Positions 37,661 to 45,462 are shown, numbered from the stretch's first letter. The stretch is DNA of 64,000 nt from Fibrobacteria bacterium (GCA_050294405.1 JBNKOC010000009.1:32001-96000), one strand, 5' to 3'. The notes: generated by a model from the letters alone, not told the origin. Program-made: numbers and translations.

Positions 37661-37960
37661 ATGCCAAATAAAAATATTTATAACCAAAGTTTCTCAAATT
37701 TGGATATTCAAATGGTTTGGGAAAAAGGGCGAATTGTGCCAGAGTACGACCCAAATTTTGTCCGGAAGGATGCCTGTGGGGCCTTTATGAAAAGGGTAGA
37801 TTATGGGAAAACTACTACCTATGGCTGGGAAATCGACCATATAAAACCAGTTTCCCTCGGAGGAAGTGATAACCTCAGTAATTTACAGCCCCTTCAATGG
37901 GAAAATAACAGGTACAAGGGTGATAATTATCCAAATTGGTCCTGTAAGTTGGCAGCCTAA
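37661..37960 (+). CDS. Small HNH endonuclease
   Basis: GWEIDHIKPVSLGGSDNLSNLQPLQWENN; GGAGG SD. Confidence 0.9.
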   Translation: MPNKNIYNQSFSNLDIQMVWEKGRIVPEYDPNFVRKDACGAFMKRVDYGKTTTYGWEIDHIKPVSLGGSDNLSNLQPLQWENNRYKGDNYPNWSCKLAA

Positions 37961-37967
37961 AAAAAAG

Positions 37968-37994
37968 GTGGAGAGGGAAAAACCTCTCCATTTT
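37968..37994. terminator. Hairpin terminator after HNH
   Basis: GGTGGAGAGG-GAAAAA-CCTCTCCATT-TT with an upstream A tract. Confidence 0.6.
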
Positions 37995-38008
37995 AATGGG
38001 GTTTAAAA

Positions 38009-38176
38009 ATTACTGCTCATAATACATGTGATGTTGTTCAAATAAAGCCTGGAGGGTCACAGATGACAATACACACTATTGAAGATAAAGGATGGTTTTA
38101 TTGTGAATGGTTTGATAAAGAAGAAAAATTCAAATTCAAAACATTCTCTCCCGATGTGCTTATAAAAACTGAATAA
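38009..38176 (+). CDS. YodC/DUF2158-like small protein lacking a canonical start (ATT start or pseudogene); absent from the ORF track
   Basis: Translates ITAHNTCDVVQIKPGGSQMTIHTIEDKGWFYCEWFDKEEKFKFKTFSPDVLIKTE*, matching the DVVxLKSGGPxMT...CxWF...F pattern. Confidence 0.6.
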   Translation: MTAHNTCDVVQIKPGGSQMTIHTIEDKGWFYCEWFDKEEKFKFKTFSPDVLIKTE

Positions 38177-38186
38177 AAGGATCATT

Positions 38187-38822
38187 ATGAAAAACTTTAA
38201 TTTTATACCACTTCTTCTACTGTTTTTTATTGTCCAAAGTTTTTCCACCCCATTATATCTTACATTTGCTGGAAAAGTTCATTGGACACAATGGAATGGT
38301 TATTATACAGGTCAACCTGTAAGCTTTACGTTTGTGGTTGACTTAGATGAACAGGGTTTTGGTTTACATGGTGATCCGAATAACCCTACTAAAACATATG
38401 TTGAAAATAGGCCGGGGATGGAATTTTTTTATTCGGAATATTTAGAAGGGGATATAACATATTCTGATTATCAATATTACTACACTTCGTTTTATTACGG
38501 TGTTCAATATGATAACTATACAAGTATTTATGGTAGTAATCATGAGCAAAATAATTATGACATGCTAAAAATAACTTTTAATGGGCATATTCCAGATTTA
38601 GAAATTGGAACTACCGCAATTGGGAAAACTGAATTTGTTGCTCATAATAGTTACATAAATGTTGCATATGATCTAACATTAGTCGGAAAATCAACTAGAG
38701 GGCTTCCTGCTGTTCCTGAACCAGCTTCATTTCTTCTTTTGGGCTTTGGATTAGTAGGTGGTTACTTGAGGAAAAAACATAATTATATAACGAGAAAAAG
38801 CGGGGAATGTTCCCCTCAATAA
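38187..38822 (+). CDS. PEP-CTERM surface protein
   Basis: Signal peptide; VPEPASFLLLGFGLVGGYLRKK sorting signal. Confidence 0.88.
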   Translation: MKNFNFIPLLLLFFIVQSFSTPLYLTFAGKVHWTQWNGYYTGQPVSFTFVVDLDEQGFGLHGDPNNPTKTYVENRPGMEFFYSEYLEGDITYSDYQYYYTSFYYGVQYDNYTSIYGSNHEQNNYDMLKITFNGHIPDLEIGTTAIGKTEFVAHNSYINVAYDLTLVGKSTRGLPAVPEPASFLLLGFGLVGGYLRKKHNYITRKSGECSPQ

Positions 38823-38925
38823 AGGACAACCAAGAATATGTGCGTCTATGGTTTAACCTGAAGATTTCTTATTTTACCGCAATACAAGACCTAGAAAATT
38901 GAAGTAGGATTTAAAAGGGGTAATC

Positions 38926-39588
38926 ATGAGTAAATTCAAACATGAATTTAACGTTGATGAAAAATCTGGAAAAACTTTATTACAAGTATATATCGATGGA
39001 ATGAAATGTGATTCGTTCATTTTAGATACCAAGTTATCAAGAAGATATTTAGGATTATCTTTAATCAAACAAGATTTGATAGATGTTCATAATTGGATTG
39101 AAAAAATGAATGAATTGGCTCCCGAATCTTTAAATAATTCAAATGGAGAAATAGTTTATCTTGAATCAAATAACACAAACATGAGTCTTTTGAAAGCCCT
39201 TTATTTTTCTTCAATAATTTCTTATGGAAAATGCTTTGTTACATCAGATGGTCGAAAAACGCGACTAGAGGAAAAAGATCACATTAATCCCATATACCTT
39301 GATTTCCATGAATTAATAATGGAAAAGCGACACGGATTAGTTGCACATGCTGGAAAGTTTTTTGACAACGGAGAAGTTGTAATTTCTCCTCACCCAAATG
39401 GACATAGTTTCAATATATATCCAAATCTGTGGAGATTAGACTTACAAACAGACAATAATGAAGAAATAAATTTCATGGGGCTTGTCTCTGAATTGTTAAT
39501 AACTGTCGAAAACCTGATTAATAAAGCTTTTGAAAAACTAAGAGAAGATGAAGTGAAGCCGGAAGTGATTAAACGCAGAGGTTTTTGA
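38926..39588 (+). CDS. Putative HEPN-domain protein
   Basis: Helical protein with IISYGKCF and R-x5-H (RHGLVAH). Confidence 0.5.
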   Translation: MSKFKHEFNVDEKSGKTLLQVYIDGMKCDSFILDTKLSRRYLGLSLIKQDLIDVHNWIEKMNELAPESLNNSNGEIVYLESNNTNMSLLKALYFSSIISYGKCFVTSDGRKTRLEEKDHINPIYLDFHELIMEKRHGLVAHAGKFFDNGEVVISPHPNGHSFNIYPNLWRLDLQTDNNEEINFMGLVSELLITVENLINKAFEKLREDEVKPEVIKRRGF

Positions 39589-39731
39589 TTTTTCAGAAAC
39601 TGTTATTTTAAACTACATTTTTGGAAAAAAAAAGTATATAATTCCCAATATTTTATCCATAGAATACTTTTTAGCTATATAGCACTAAGTTCCAAATTTC
39701 CTTTTTAAAATAAAATAGGGCATTTGTTCAA

Positions 39732-40208
39732 ATGAAAGAAATTACAAAAAGTTCAAGTTTCGACATAGTTATCAATAATTCCCAATCTGAAATATATGCC
39801 GATTGGGCTAGATTAAATGAAAGACAACAAAAATTTTTGATGTATTGGTATGAAAATGGATTTAATGGGACTGAGGCATACATGAAGGCATATGGCCAAA
39901 AAAAGAAAAATATTGCCAGGGTGTGTGCTTGCCAAGTCCTAACAAATCCTAACATTTTAAAAATTAGAAAATACATTCAGTTTTCTTTTTTTCCACCAAT
40001 TGAAAAAGTTGCATTTACTCTCAATGAATTACTTTCAAATAAAAATCCAAGAATAAGGCTTTCTGCATGTGCGAGTGTATTAAAACATTTTGGAAAACTG
40101 GATGGTGAATATAAAAATGATGAACACAAGAATCCATTTGAAATGGATTCTAATACGAAAAAAATTGTGGCTCAAAATATCGAGGCTTTGAAAGGTATTT
40201 TAAATTAA
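39732..40208 (+). CDS. Terminase small subunit-like protein
   Basis: LNERQQKFLMYW...NGTEAYMKAYG...ARVCACQVLTNPNI matches the TerS N-terminal HTH. Confidence 0.7.
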   Translation: MKEITKSSSFDIVINNSQSEIYADWARLNERQQKFLMYWYENGFNGTEAYMKAYGQKKKNIARVCACQVLTNPNILKIRKYIQFSFFPPIEKVAFTLNELLSNKNPRIRLSACASVLKHFGKLDGEYKNDEHKNPFEMDSNTKKIVAQNIEALKGILN

Positions 40209-40215
40209 ACAGGGC

Positions 40216-40428
40216 CTAATATTGAATTAATTCACTAATCGAAATATTAAGGCAACTTGAAATTTTAATTAGTGTGGAAACTCGTGGGTCCCTATCTCCA
40301 TTAATAATATGGTAAATGGTCTTTTTTGAAATATTGTTTTCATAGGCAAATTTTTCAATTGACACGTACTCTTTTAGAATGCAGCGCCTTATCCTGCCAC
40401 CAATTTTATTAAAATCAGCTTTTTTCAA
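40216..40428 (-). CDS. XRE-family repressor of the element
   Basis: SIEKFAYENNISKKTIYHIINGDRDPRVSTLIKISSCL. Confidence 0.82.
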   Translation of the reverse strand: MKKADFNKIGGRIRRCILKEYVSIEKFAYENNISKKTIYHIINGDRDPRVSTLIKISSCLNISISELIQY

Positions 40429-40470
40429 CCGTATTTCCTTCTAATTTTAGGAAAGTAGGCTGTTTTTTAA

Positions 40471-40526
40471 TTGACTAGTCTCTAATGGGAGACTAGTTTT
40501 TTTATAACCTGTCTCTAATAAGAGAC
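40471..40526 (+). promoter_or_regulatory. Rightward promoter with two palindromic operators
   Basis: TTGACT-17-TAGTTT; GTCTC-N6-GAGAC at 40478-40493 and 40511-40526. Confidence 0.65.
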
Positions 40527-40558
40527 TTAGGTGTATAAATATTATTTCTAGTCGAAAA

Positions 40559-40798
40559 ATGAAATTTGTTAGCACTAAAACTTTTTTGATAATCACTTAT
40601 TTTGCATTTTTAACGGCCCTTGTAGGGTATTACAAAAAATCGAAAGAATTAAATAAAACTAATGTATGGCTAAAAATAATGTATGGCAAACTGACCCCTA
40701 AAGCCAAAATGGAAATGGAACGGGATATTGAGTTAAAAAACTATTTAGATGGCGAGATTGATAAATTAATAAGGCCGTATGAGGGATTCTATCCTTAG
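40559..40798 (+). CDS. Small membrane-anchored hypothetical protein
   Basis: N-terminal TM helix; first ORF after the operator/promoter. Confidence 0.45.
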   Translation: MKFVSTKTFLIITYFAFLTALVGYYKKSKELNKTNVWLKIMYGKLTPKAKMEMERDIELKNYLDGEIDKLIRPYEGFYP

Positions 40799-41202
40799 TT
40801 AAGACTAATTTTATATGAAAAGAAATGTCCCAATAAGACTTGGTACTGAAGAAAACTTAGCCAAGCTAAATCATAACCTTTTGTTTAAATTAAATTCAAT
40901 TGATGATATGAATGTTAAGCAAAAAAAATCTGAATCAAATAAAAACGACAAGAAACTTAATCCACCAACAAAAAATTGAATTTTTTGATATTCGTGAAGT
41001 GTAATCAAATCTAATTTTTTTCTAAAAAAAGTTTCCCAGCCAAATTGAGAATTTAGTAAACAAAGGAAATATTTTTTCACAAGCAGCTGTGTATGTAATC
41101 ATTTTTTTTACACACAGCTGTTTACGTAAAATGTTATTGAAATTGATTTTCCTGAAATTAAATTGTGTGCAATTAACATTTAATTGTAACGCAAGGAGTA
41201 CC

Positions 41203-41634
41203 ATGGCTCGACCAATAAAAGACAATGCTGATTACTTTCCTCATGAAAAACATTTGAGAGACAAACCTGAAATGCACTACATCCGGAAAAAATTTGGGGA
41301 AGGTGGTTTCGGTATTGTAATTATGTTACTAGAATACTTAACTGATAAAGAAAATTTTCGTTGTACGTTTAATGAAAATGAAAAAAAATTATTATCGATT
41401 AATTTCTGGGTTGAAATTGAATTAATTAATCAAATTATAGAAGATTGTATTAAAATCGGCTTTTTTGTAAAAGTAACCATTAGAGATGAATTTGAATGCC
41501 CTTATTTGAATGCTCAAATGACAGCTCTAATAAGCAAACGACTGAATATGAGAAAGCTTCGCGAGGAAAAAATTAAACTCGAAATAGAGCAAAAAAATAA
41601 AGAATTAGGACAAAATTATCCAATAGATGATTAG
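41203..41634 (+). CDS. Phage replication-organizer N-terminal domain protein (DUF4373/Lin1244-like), possibly truncated
   Basis: AGGAG SD; MARPIKDNADYFPH...RKKFGEGGFGIVIMLLEYL. Confidence 0.75.
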   Translation: MARPIKDNADYFPHEKHLRDKPEMHYIRKKFGEGGFGIVIMLLEYLTDKENFRCTFNENEKKLLSINFWVEIELINQIIEDCIKIGFFVKVTIRDEFECPYLNAQMTALISKRLNMRKLREEKIKLEIEQKNKELGQNYPIDD

Positions 41635-41759
41635 TGATGCACAAATGCAGTTTGTGGAACATAGAAAGAAAAGTAAATAAGAGGATAGTAAGAAAAGAAA
41701 AGAAGAGAAGAGTATTACAGTAATTCATTATGAAATTAATTTTTTGGAGGAAATTAAAC

Positions 41760-41963
41760 ATGCTGTTAAAAGAAAAATCGCTAGGGGAAAGGTTGGTTTA
41801 TTGGAAACCGGATCTAAGACATATTTTAGGAATTAGTACCCGAACTATTGATAGACTTTTGTCTAAGCAAGAGTTTCCGAATCCTGATTTGAGAATGAAT
41901 GGAAGACCTGCTTGGAAAAGGCAAACAATTATTAATTGGGTGGAAAATAATTTTGAATATTAA
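41760..41963 (+). CDS. AlpA/excisionase-like winged-HTH protein
   Basis: GGAGG SD; LGISTRTIDRLLSKQEFPNP...PAWKRQTIINW. Confidence 0.82.
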   Translation: MLLKEKSLGERLVYWKPDLRHILGISTRTIDRLLSKQEFPNPDLRMNGRPAWKRQTIINWVENNFEY

Positions 41964-43170
41964 ATACCAAATCCTCAAAGTCAAAAATTCTAAGGGGAAA
42001 TATTTACCCAAGTGGAAGATGCGATTTTTTGATGTTAATGGGAAATATATGGGCCAGGAAACAGGCTTTACTGATAAAAGGGAAACTATTAAGTTTGCGG
42101 AAAAAAGGGTAAGGGAACTCGAAGAAGAATTATTAAATCCCTATTTACCAAAATTAAGCAATCGCCCCATTGAAGAATTATTTAGGGAGTATATCTCCAT
42201 TGAATCCAAAAATGGGGGAAGGGGAGGTTACCCCTGGTCAAAGCGTCATCAAAATGATGTAACCACAAATTTATTTTGGTGGAAGTCAGAAATTAGCCTC
42301 AATTTATTGGGGGATATAACCCTAGCCAAAGTGGAAGCCAAACTTTCTTCCCTTGTTGGAAAAGTGGTTAATAAAACCTTGAACATGAAAGCTGCCTCAC
42401 TCAAAACCTTTTTGAATTGGTGCGTTAAGCATAATTACATAGTTTCAAATCCCTTAAACCCACTCCGAAAATATCAGGAAAAGGTTAAAAATCCACGCAG
42501 GGCGCTATCTCTCTCCGAAATAAAATTTCTTTTGGAATCTGTTTCCCCTGAAAAATATTTGGCCTACAAAATGGCCCTATTAACAGGAATGCGAAATAGT
42601 GAATTAGCCAGCTTAACAGTTGGGGCTATTGACTGGGATTTAAACCTTGTGACCCTTAAACCTGAACATGCCAAGAATCGAAAGCGCTTTGAATTTTCAT
42701 TGCCCAAAGATTTCATTATAGAGCTTTATAGGGCCACAAAGGGAAAGCCAGGCAAAGCAAAGCTTTTAGAGGGGTTAAGTCAAAATCACGCTGGTGAGCT
42801 GCTCAGAAGCGATATGAAGGCAGCAGGGCTTGAAACCAACAACTCGGAGGGGAAAATTGATTTTCATTCCCTTAGAGTGACTTTTATTACTCACATGGCA
42901 AGACTAGGGACGGACATTAAAACCTTACAGGAAATTGCACGCCATAGCGATATAAACATGACCATGAATGTTTATGCTAAAACCAATCCTGAACTAAGAG
43001 CTGGGGCTATTAATGCACTCAACGAGGCTGTTGCTGGGGATTTGTGCCATATTCGTAACACGGCCCCAACCAATCCACGAATTTTTAGAATTTTGCGCAA
43101 TAAACCCCTCGGAGTGACTGGATTCGAACCAGCGGCCTCATCGTCCCGAACGATGCACTCTACCAGCTGA
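41899..43170 (+). CDS. int: Tyrosine recombinase/integrase (probable start TTG 41953); 3' end runs antisense through tRNA-Pro
   Basis: TGMRNSE (R), HAKN (K), FHSLR (HxxR), ARHS (H), NVYAK (Y). Confidence 0.95.
   Translation: MEDLLGKGKQLLIGWKIILNIKYQILKVKNSKGKYLPKWKMRFFDVNGKYMGQETGFTDKRETIKFAEKRVRELEEELLNPYLPKLSNRPIEELFREYISIESKNGGRGGYPWSKRHQNDVTTNLFWWKSEISLNLLGDITLAKVEAKLSSLVGKVVNKTLNMKAASLKTFLNWCVKHNYIVSNPLNPLRKYQEKVKNPRRALSLSEIKFLLESVSPEKYLAYKMALLTGMRNSELASLTVGAIDWDLNLVTLKPEHAKNRKRFEFSLPKDFIIELYRATKGKPGKAKLLEGLSQNHAGELLRSDMKAAGLETNNSEGKIDFHSLRVTFITHMARLGTDIKTLQEIARHSDINMTMNVYAKTNPELRAGAINALNEAVAGDLCHIRNTAPTNPRIFRILRNKPLGVTGFEPAASSSRTMHSTS
43042..43061. repeat. Putative integrase arm-type site (right)
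   Basis: TTGTGCCATATTCGTAACAC, 19/20 identical to 36248-36267. Confidence 0.65.
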
Positions 43171-43181
43171 GCTACACTCCG
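43109..43181 (-). tRNA. tRNA-Pro(CGG), CCA not encoded
   Basis: Reverse complement CGGAGTGTAGCTCAGCTGGTAGAGTGCATCGTTCGGGACGATGAGGCCGCTGGTTCGAATCCAGTCACTCCGA folds as a cloverleaf with anticodon CGG. Confidence 0.97.
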
Positions 43182-43278
43182 AGCTTGGGTGGAAAATAAT
43201 ATCGAAGTAATCTATTTAATTTTTCAGGATGTTCGCCAGTTGAAAAGCTTTTAATGAAAAATTAGGTGCATAATGGTT

Positions 43279-44814
43279 TCAATTCATAAGAAGCTCATCT
43301 AACTCAACCTGAGCCTGTTGAGAAAAAGCTGCTTCTGGTGATTTTAAATAGGTTTTAAAACTTTTAATGGCATTTTTTTTATTCTCCCCATAATATTTTT
43401 CAATTAATCCTAACGCGAACTGGTATTTATTTATTTCAGGATGATGGTGGATGGCGTTTTTAAGGCTTCCTTTTAATTCATTAAATTGCCCAAGCCTTCC
43501 CTGAGACCAAATTAAATTTTCACTGGCTTCCAAGTTTTTACGGTTTTCTTTAAGAGCCAGTTTCCAGTAAAGCTGGGCTTCTTTAATTAATCCCCTTTTG
43601 TCAAAAAGGTTTCCCAACTCCAGGTATAATTGGGAGTCTTTTTTTAAGTCCAACTTAGCCTCAATTAATTTTCGTCTTTTTTCGAATTGATTGAAACTTT
43701 TAGGTGAGGGGTTCTGGTTTTGTTTTGGGGTTGTGGGAAAGTATTTATCCCAAAGAATTTGAGTTACTTCTCCCCTGATTACGGGCCTTTCAAAGTCAAA
43801 CCCTGACTCTTTTTTTAAATATTTAATGTAATGGCGAAGCCCGGCAGAGGTATCTTTTCGCACATACATTTCAAAGGCCCCCATATTTTTTAAAGTCATA
43901 GGATTATTGGGTTGGAGGGTCAGGGCCTTTGTAAAGCTGGCTTCGGCTTCTTTTAACTTGTTTAAGTCAATTTGAGATGTCGCCAGATAATTCAAATACA
44001 TAATATTGTCCGGGTCAAGCCTTAAGCAATTGGCGAAGGCCATTTGGGCTTCCAGGTATTCCTGGCGTTGTTGGTGTAAAATACCTAACCACTGGTAGGC
44101 TTCTATATCATCAGGGTTTAATTCAATGGCTCTTTGTAGTTCTGCTAATGCGGAATCCCCTTCTGATGTTTTGTAATAGTTTTGCAATCGGGTTAAATCT
44201 TCATCCCAGGACCGGGAAGTTAAGTGCCGTCTCCAATTATTTTCCATTCCTGTTTGATTGATTTTTTGAATGCGGGCGATGGCCAGGGATTTAAATTCCA
44301 GGGCTGTGCCGCCCTGGCTGCTCAATTTTTGAGACAAAATATTTTTAACAAGCTTGTGTTTTCCCTTGCTAATAAAATCCTTTACATCTTCCATGGTGGG
44401 GGAAGTGACCTTTTGAACCAGAGAAAGGGCGATGTAAAGACTTCCACCAAACATCAAAATGATAAGGGCAAGAATGGTTAAGGTGGGGTAAAAACTTTTT
44501 TTATAGGTCCCCTTTTTAGGGTTGTGGCCAATCGAAAAATCCTGTTTGGTTTTTTCAGCAGTAGGACTAATAGGTTTTAAGGAAGGAATGGTTGGCAAAC
44601 ATCTTACGGTGTAACCTAATGCTGTGAACTCTTCCACCAGGGTGTTTGCGGTATTTTCAGAGGCTTGGGCTGTTACGGTGTGGGGAAGATTCTGCAACCA
44701 GAATTTTATTTCTTTTGCATCTGCCCTGGAAAATTTTTGCAGAAGTTCAATTGCCTGATTTTCCCTGGGGTTAGGGGAAGCCTTTTCCAGGATAATCCGG
44801 TATCTGGGGGGCAT
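43279..44814 (-). CDS. Membrane-anchored TPR protein with N-terminal L7/L12-CTD-like domain
   Basis: One TM helix; TPR repeats (AIELNPDDIEAYQWLG, KALTLQPNN). Confidence 0.75.
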   Translation of the reverse strand: MPPRYRIILEKASPNPRENQAIELLQKFSRADAKEIKFWLQNLPHTVTAQASENTANTLVEEFTALGYTVRCLPTIPSLKPISPTAEKTKQDFSIGHNPKKGTYKKSFYPTLTILALIILMFGGSLYIALSLVQKVTSPTMEDVKDFISKGKHKLVKNILSQKLSSQGGTALEFKSLAIARIQKINQTGMENNWRRHLTSRSWDEDLTRLQNYYKTSEGDSALAELQRAIELNPDDIEAYQWLGILHQQRQEYLEAQMAFANCLRLDPDNIMYLNYLATSQIDLNKLKEAEASFTKALTLQPNNPMTLKNMGAFEMYVRKDTSAGLRHYIKYLKKESGFDFERPVIRGEVTQILWDKYFPTTPKQNQNPSPKSFNQFEKRRKLIEAKLDLKKDSQLYLELGNLFDKRGLIKEAQLYWKLALKENRKNLEASENLIWSQGRLGQFNELKGSLKNAIHHHPEINKYQFALGLIEKYYGENKKNAIKSFKTYLKSPEAAFSQQAQVELDELLMN

Positions 44815-45302
44815 TATTCGCTTTCCAAATCTGTTTTGCTTATCACATTAATGTTTTCGAAGGGGATGGTAACCTGTCCAGATTTGGCCTGCCCGATAAT
44901 AACATTGTGGATACTGACAAAAGATTTTGTGGGTTTACCTTCTGTTTTAATAGGTTTGATTTCGGTTCCATCATTTAGTTCGATTTTGGCGTGATAGTAT
45001 AGTTTATTGTCTTTGTAATGTGTGGTTGTAGGGTCAATCACAATTTTTTTGATGTATTTTAAATGAACTTTGCGTACCGCTTCACCATCCAGAATTTCGA
45101 TTTCCATTCCATTTTTTAATTTGGTTTTTTCCAAATGGAAAGTCATTCCGGATTGGTCCACAACAACGTATTGCGAGGCACAGGATGTGAAAAAGAGGAA
45201 GATAAACAAAGAGGCCAATACAGCCAGAGTGGGTTTGCTGAAATTTAGCAACTTGAGAACTCTGGTTGGTAAGCCGGTACTATACATAAAATTTTCTTTC
45301 AA
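44814..45302 (-). CDS. Hypothetical lipoprotein
   Basis: FTSC lipobox. Confidence 0.55.
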   Translation of the reverse strand: MKENFMYSTGLPTRVLKLLNFSKPTLAVLASLFIFLFFTSCASQYVVVDQSGMTFHLEKTKLKNGMEIEILDGEAVRKVHLKYIKKIVIDPTTTHYKDNKLYYHAKIELNDGTEIKPIKTEGKPTKSFVSIHNVIIGQAKSGQVTIPFENINVISKTDLESE

Positions 45303-45462
45303 AAAATAGTCTCAATGACTCGCCTAAAGCATCTGGTTCGGCTTTTACAAAATACCAGCCTTCATTCCATTTTCTTTCGGTTTCTTTTTCAATTTCCTTT
45401 AAAATGACCTTAGGATTGAGGTTTTGGGGGAGCTCAATGACGCTTTGATCAAATTCTTTCAT
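45280..45462 (-). CDS. Small hypothetical protein (DUF4177-like)
   Basis: EGWYFV...LFFER pattern; operon position. Confidence 0.5.
   Translation of the reverse strand: MKEFDQSVIELPQNLNPKVILKEIEKETERKWNEGWYFVKAEPDALGESLRLFFERKFYV

Larger units (their letters stand above)
36093..43134. mobile_element. ~7 kb integrative element (phage-satellite/PICI-like) inserted in the 3' end of tRNA-Pro
   Basis: 26-bp direct repeat TCGGAGTGACTGGATTCGAACCAGCG at 36093-36118 and 43109-43134; contains tyrosine integrase, AlpA-like, replication-like, XRE and terS-like genes. Confidence 0.92.

Noticed and set aside
40815..40979. 54-aa ORF MKRNVPIRLG... in the island
   Set aside because: No SD or motif; cannot be supported, though it may be real
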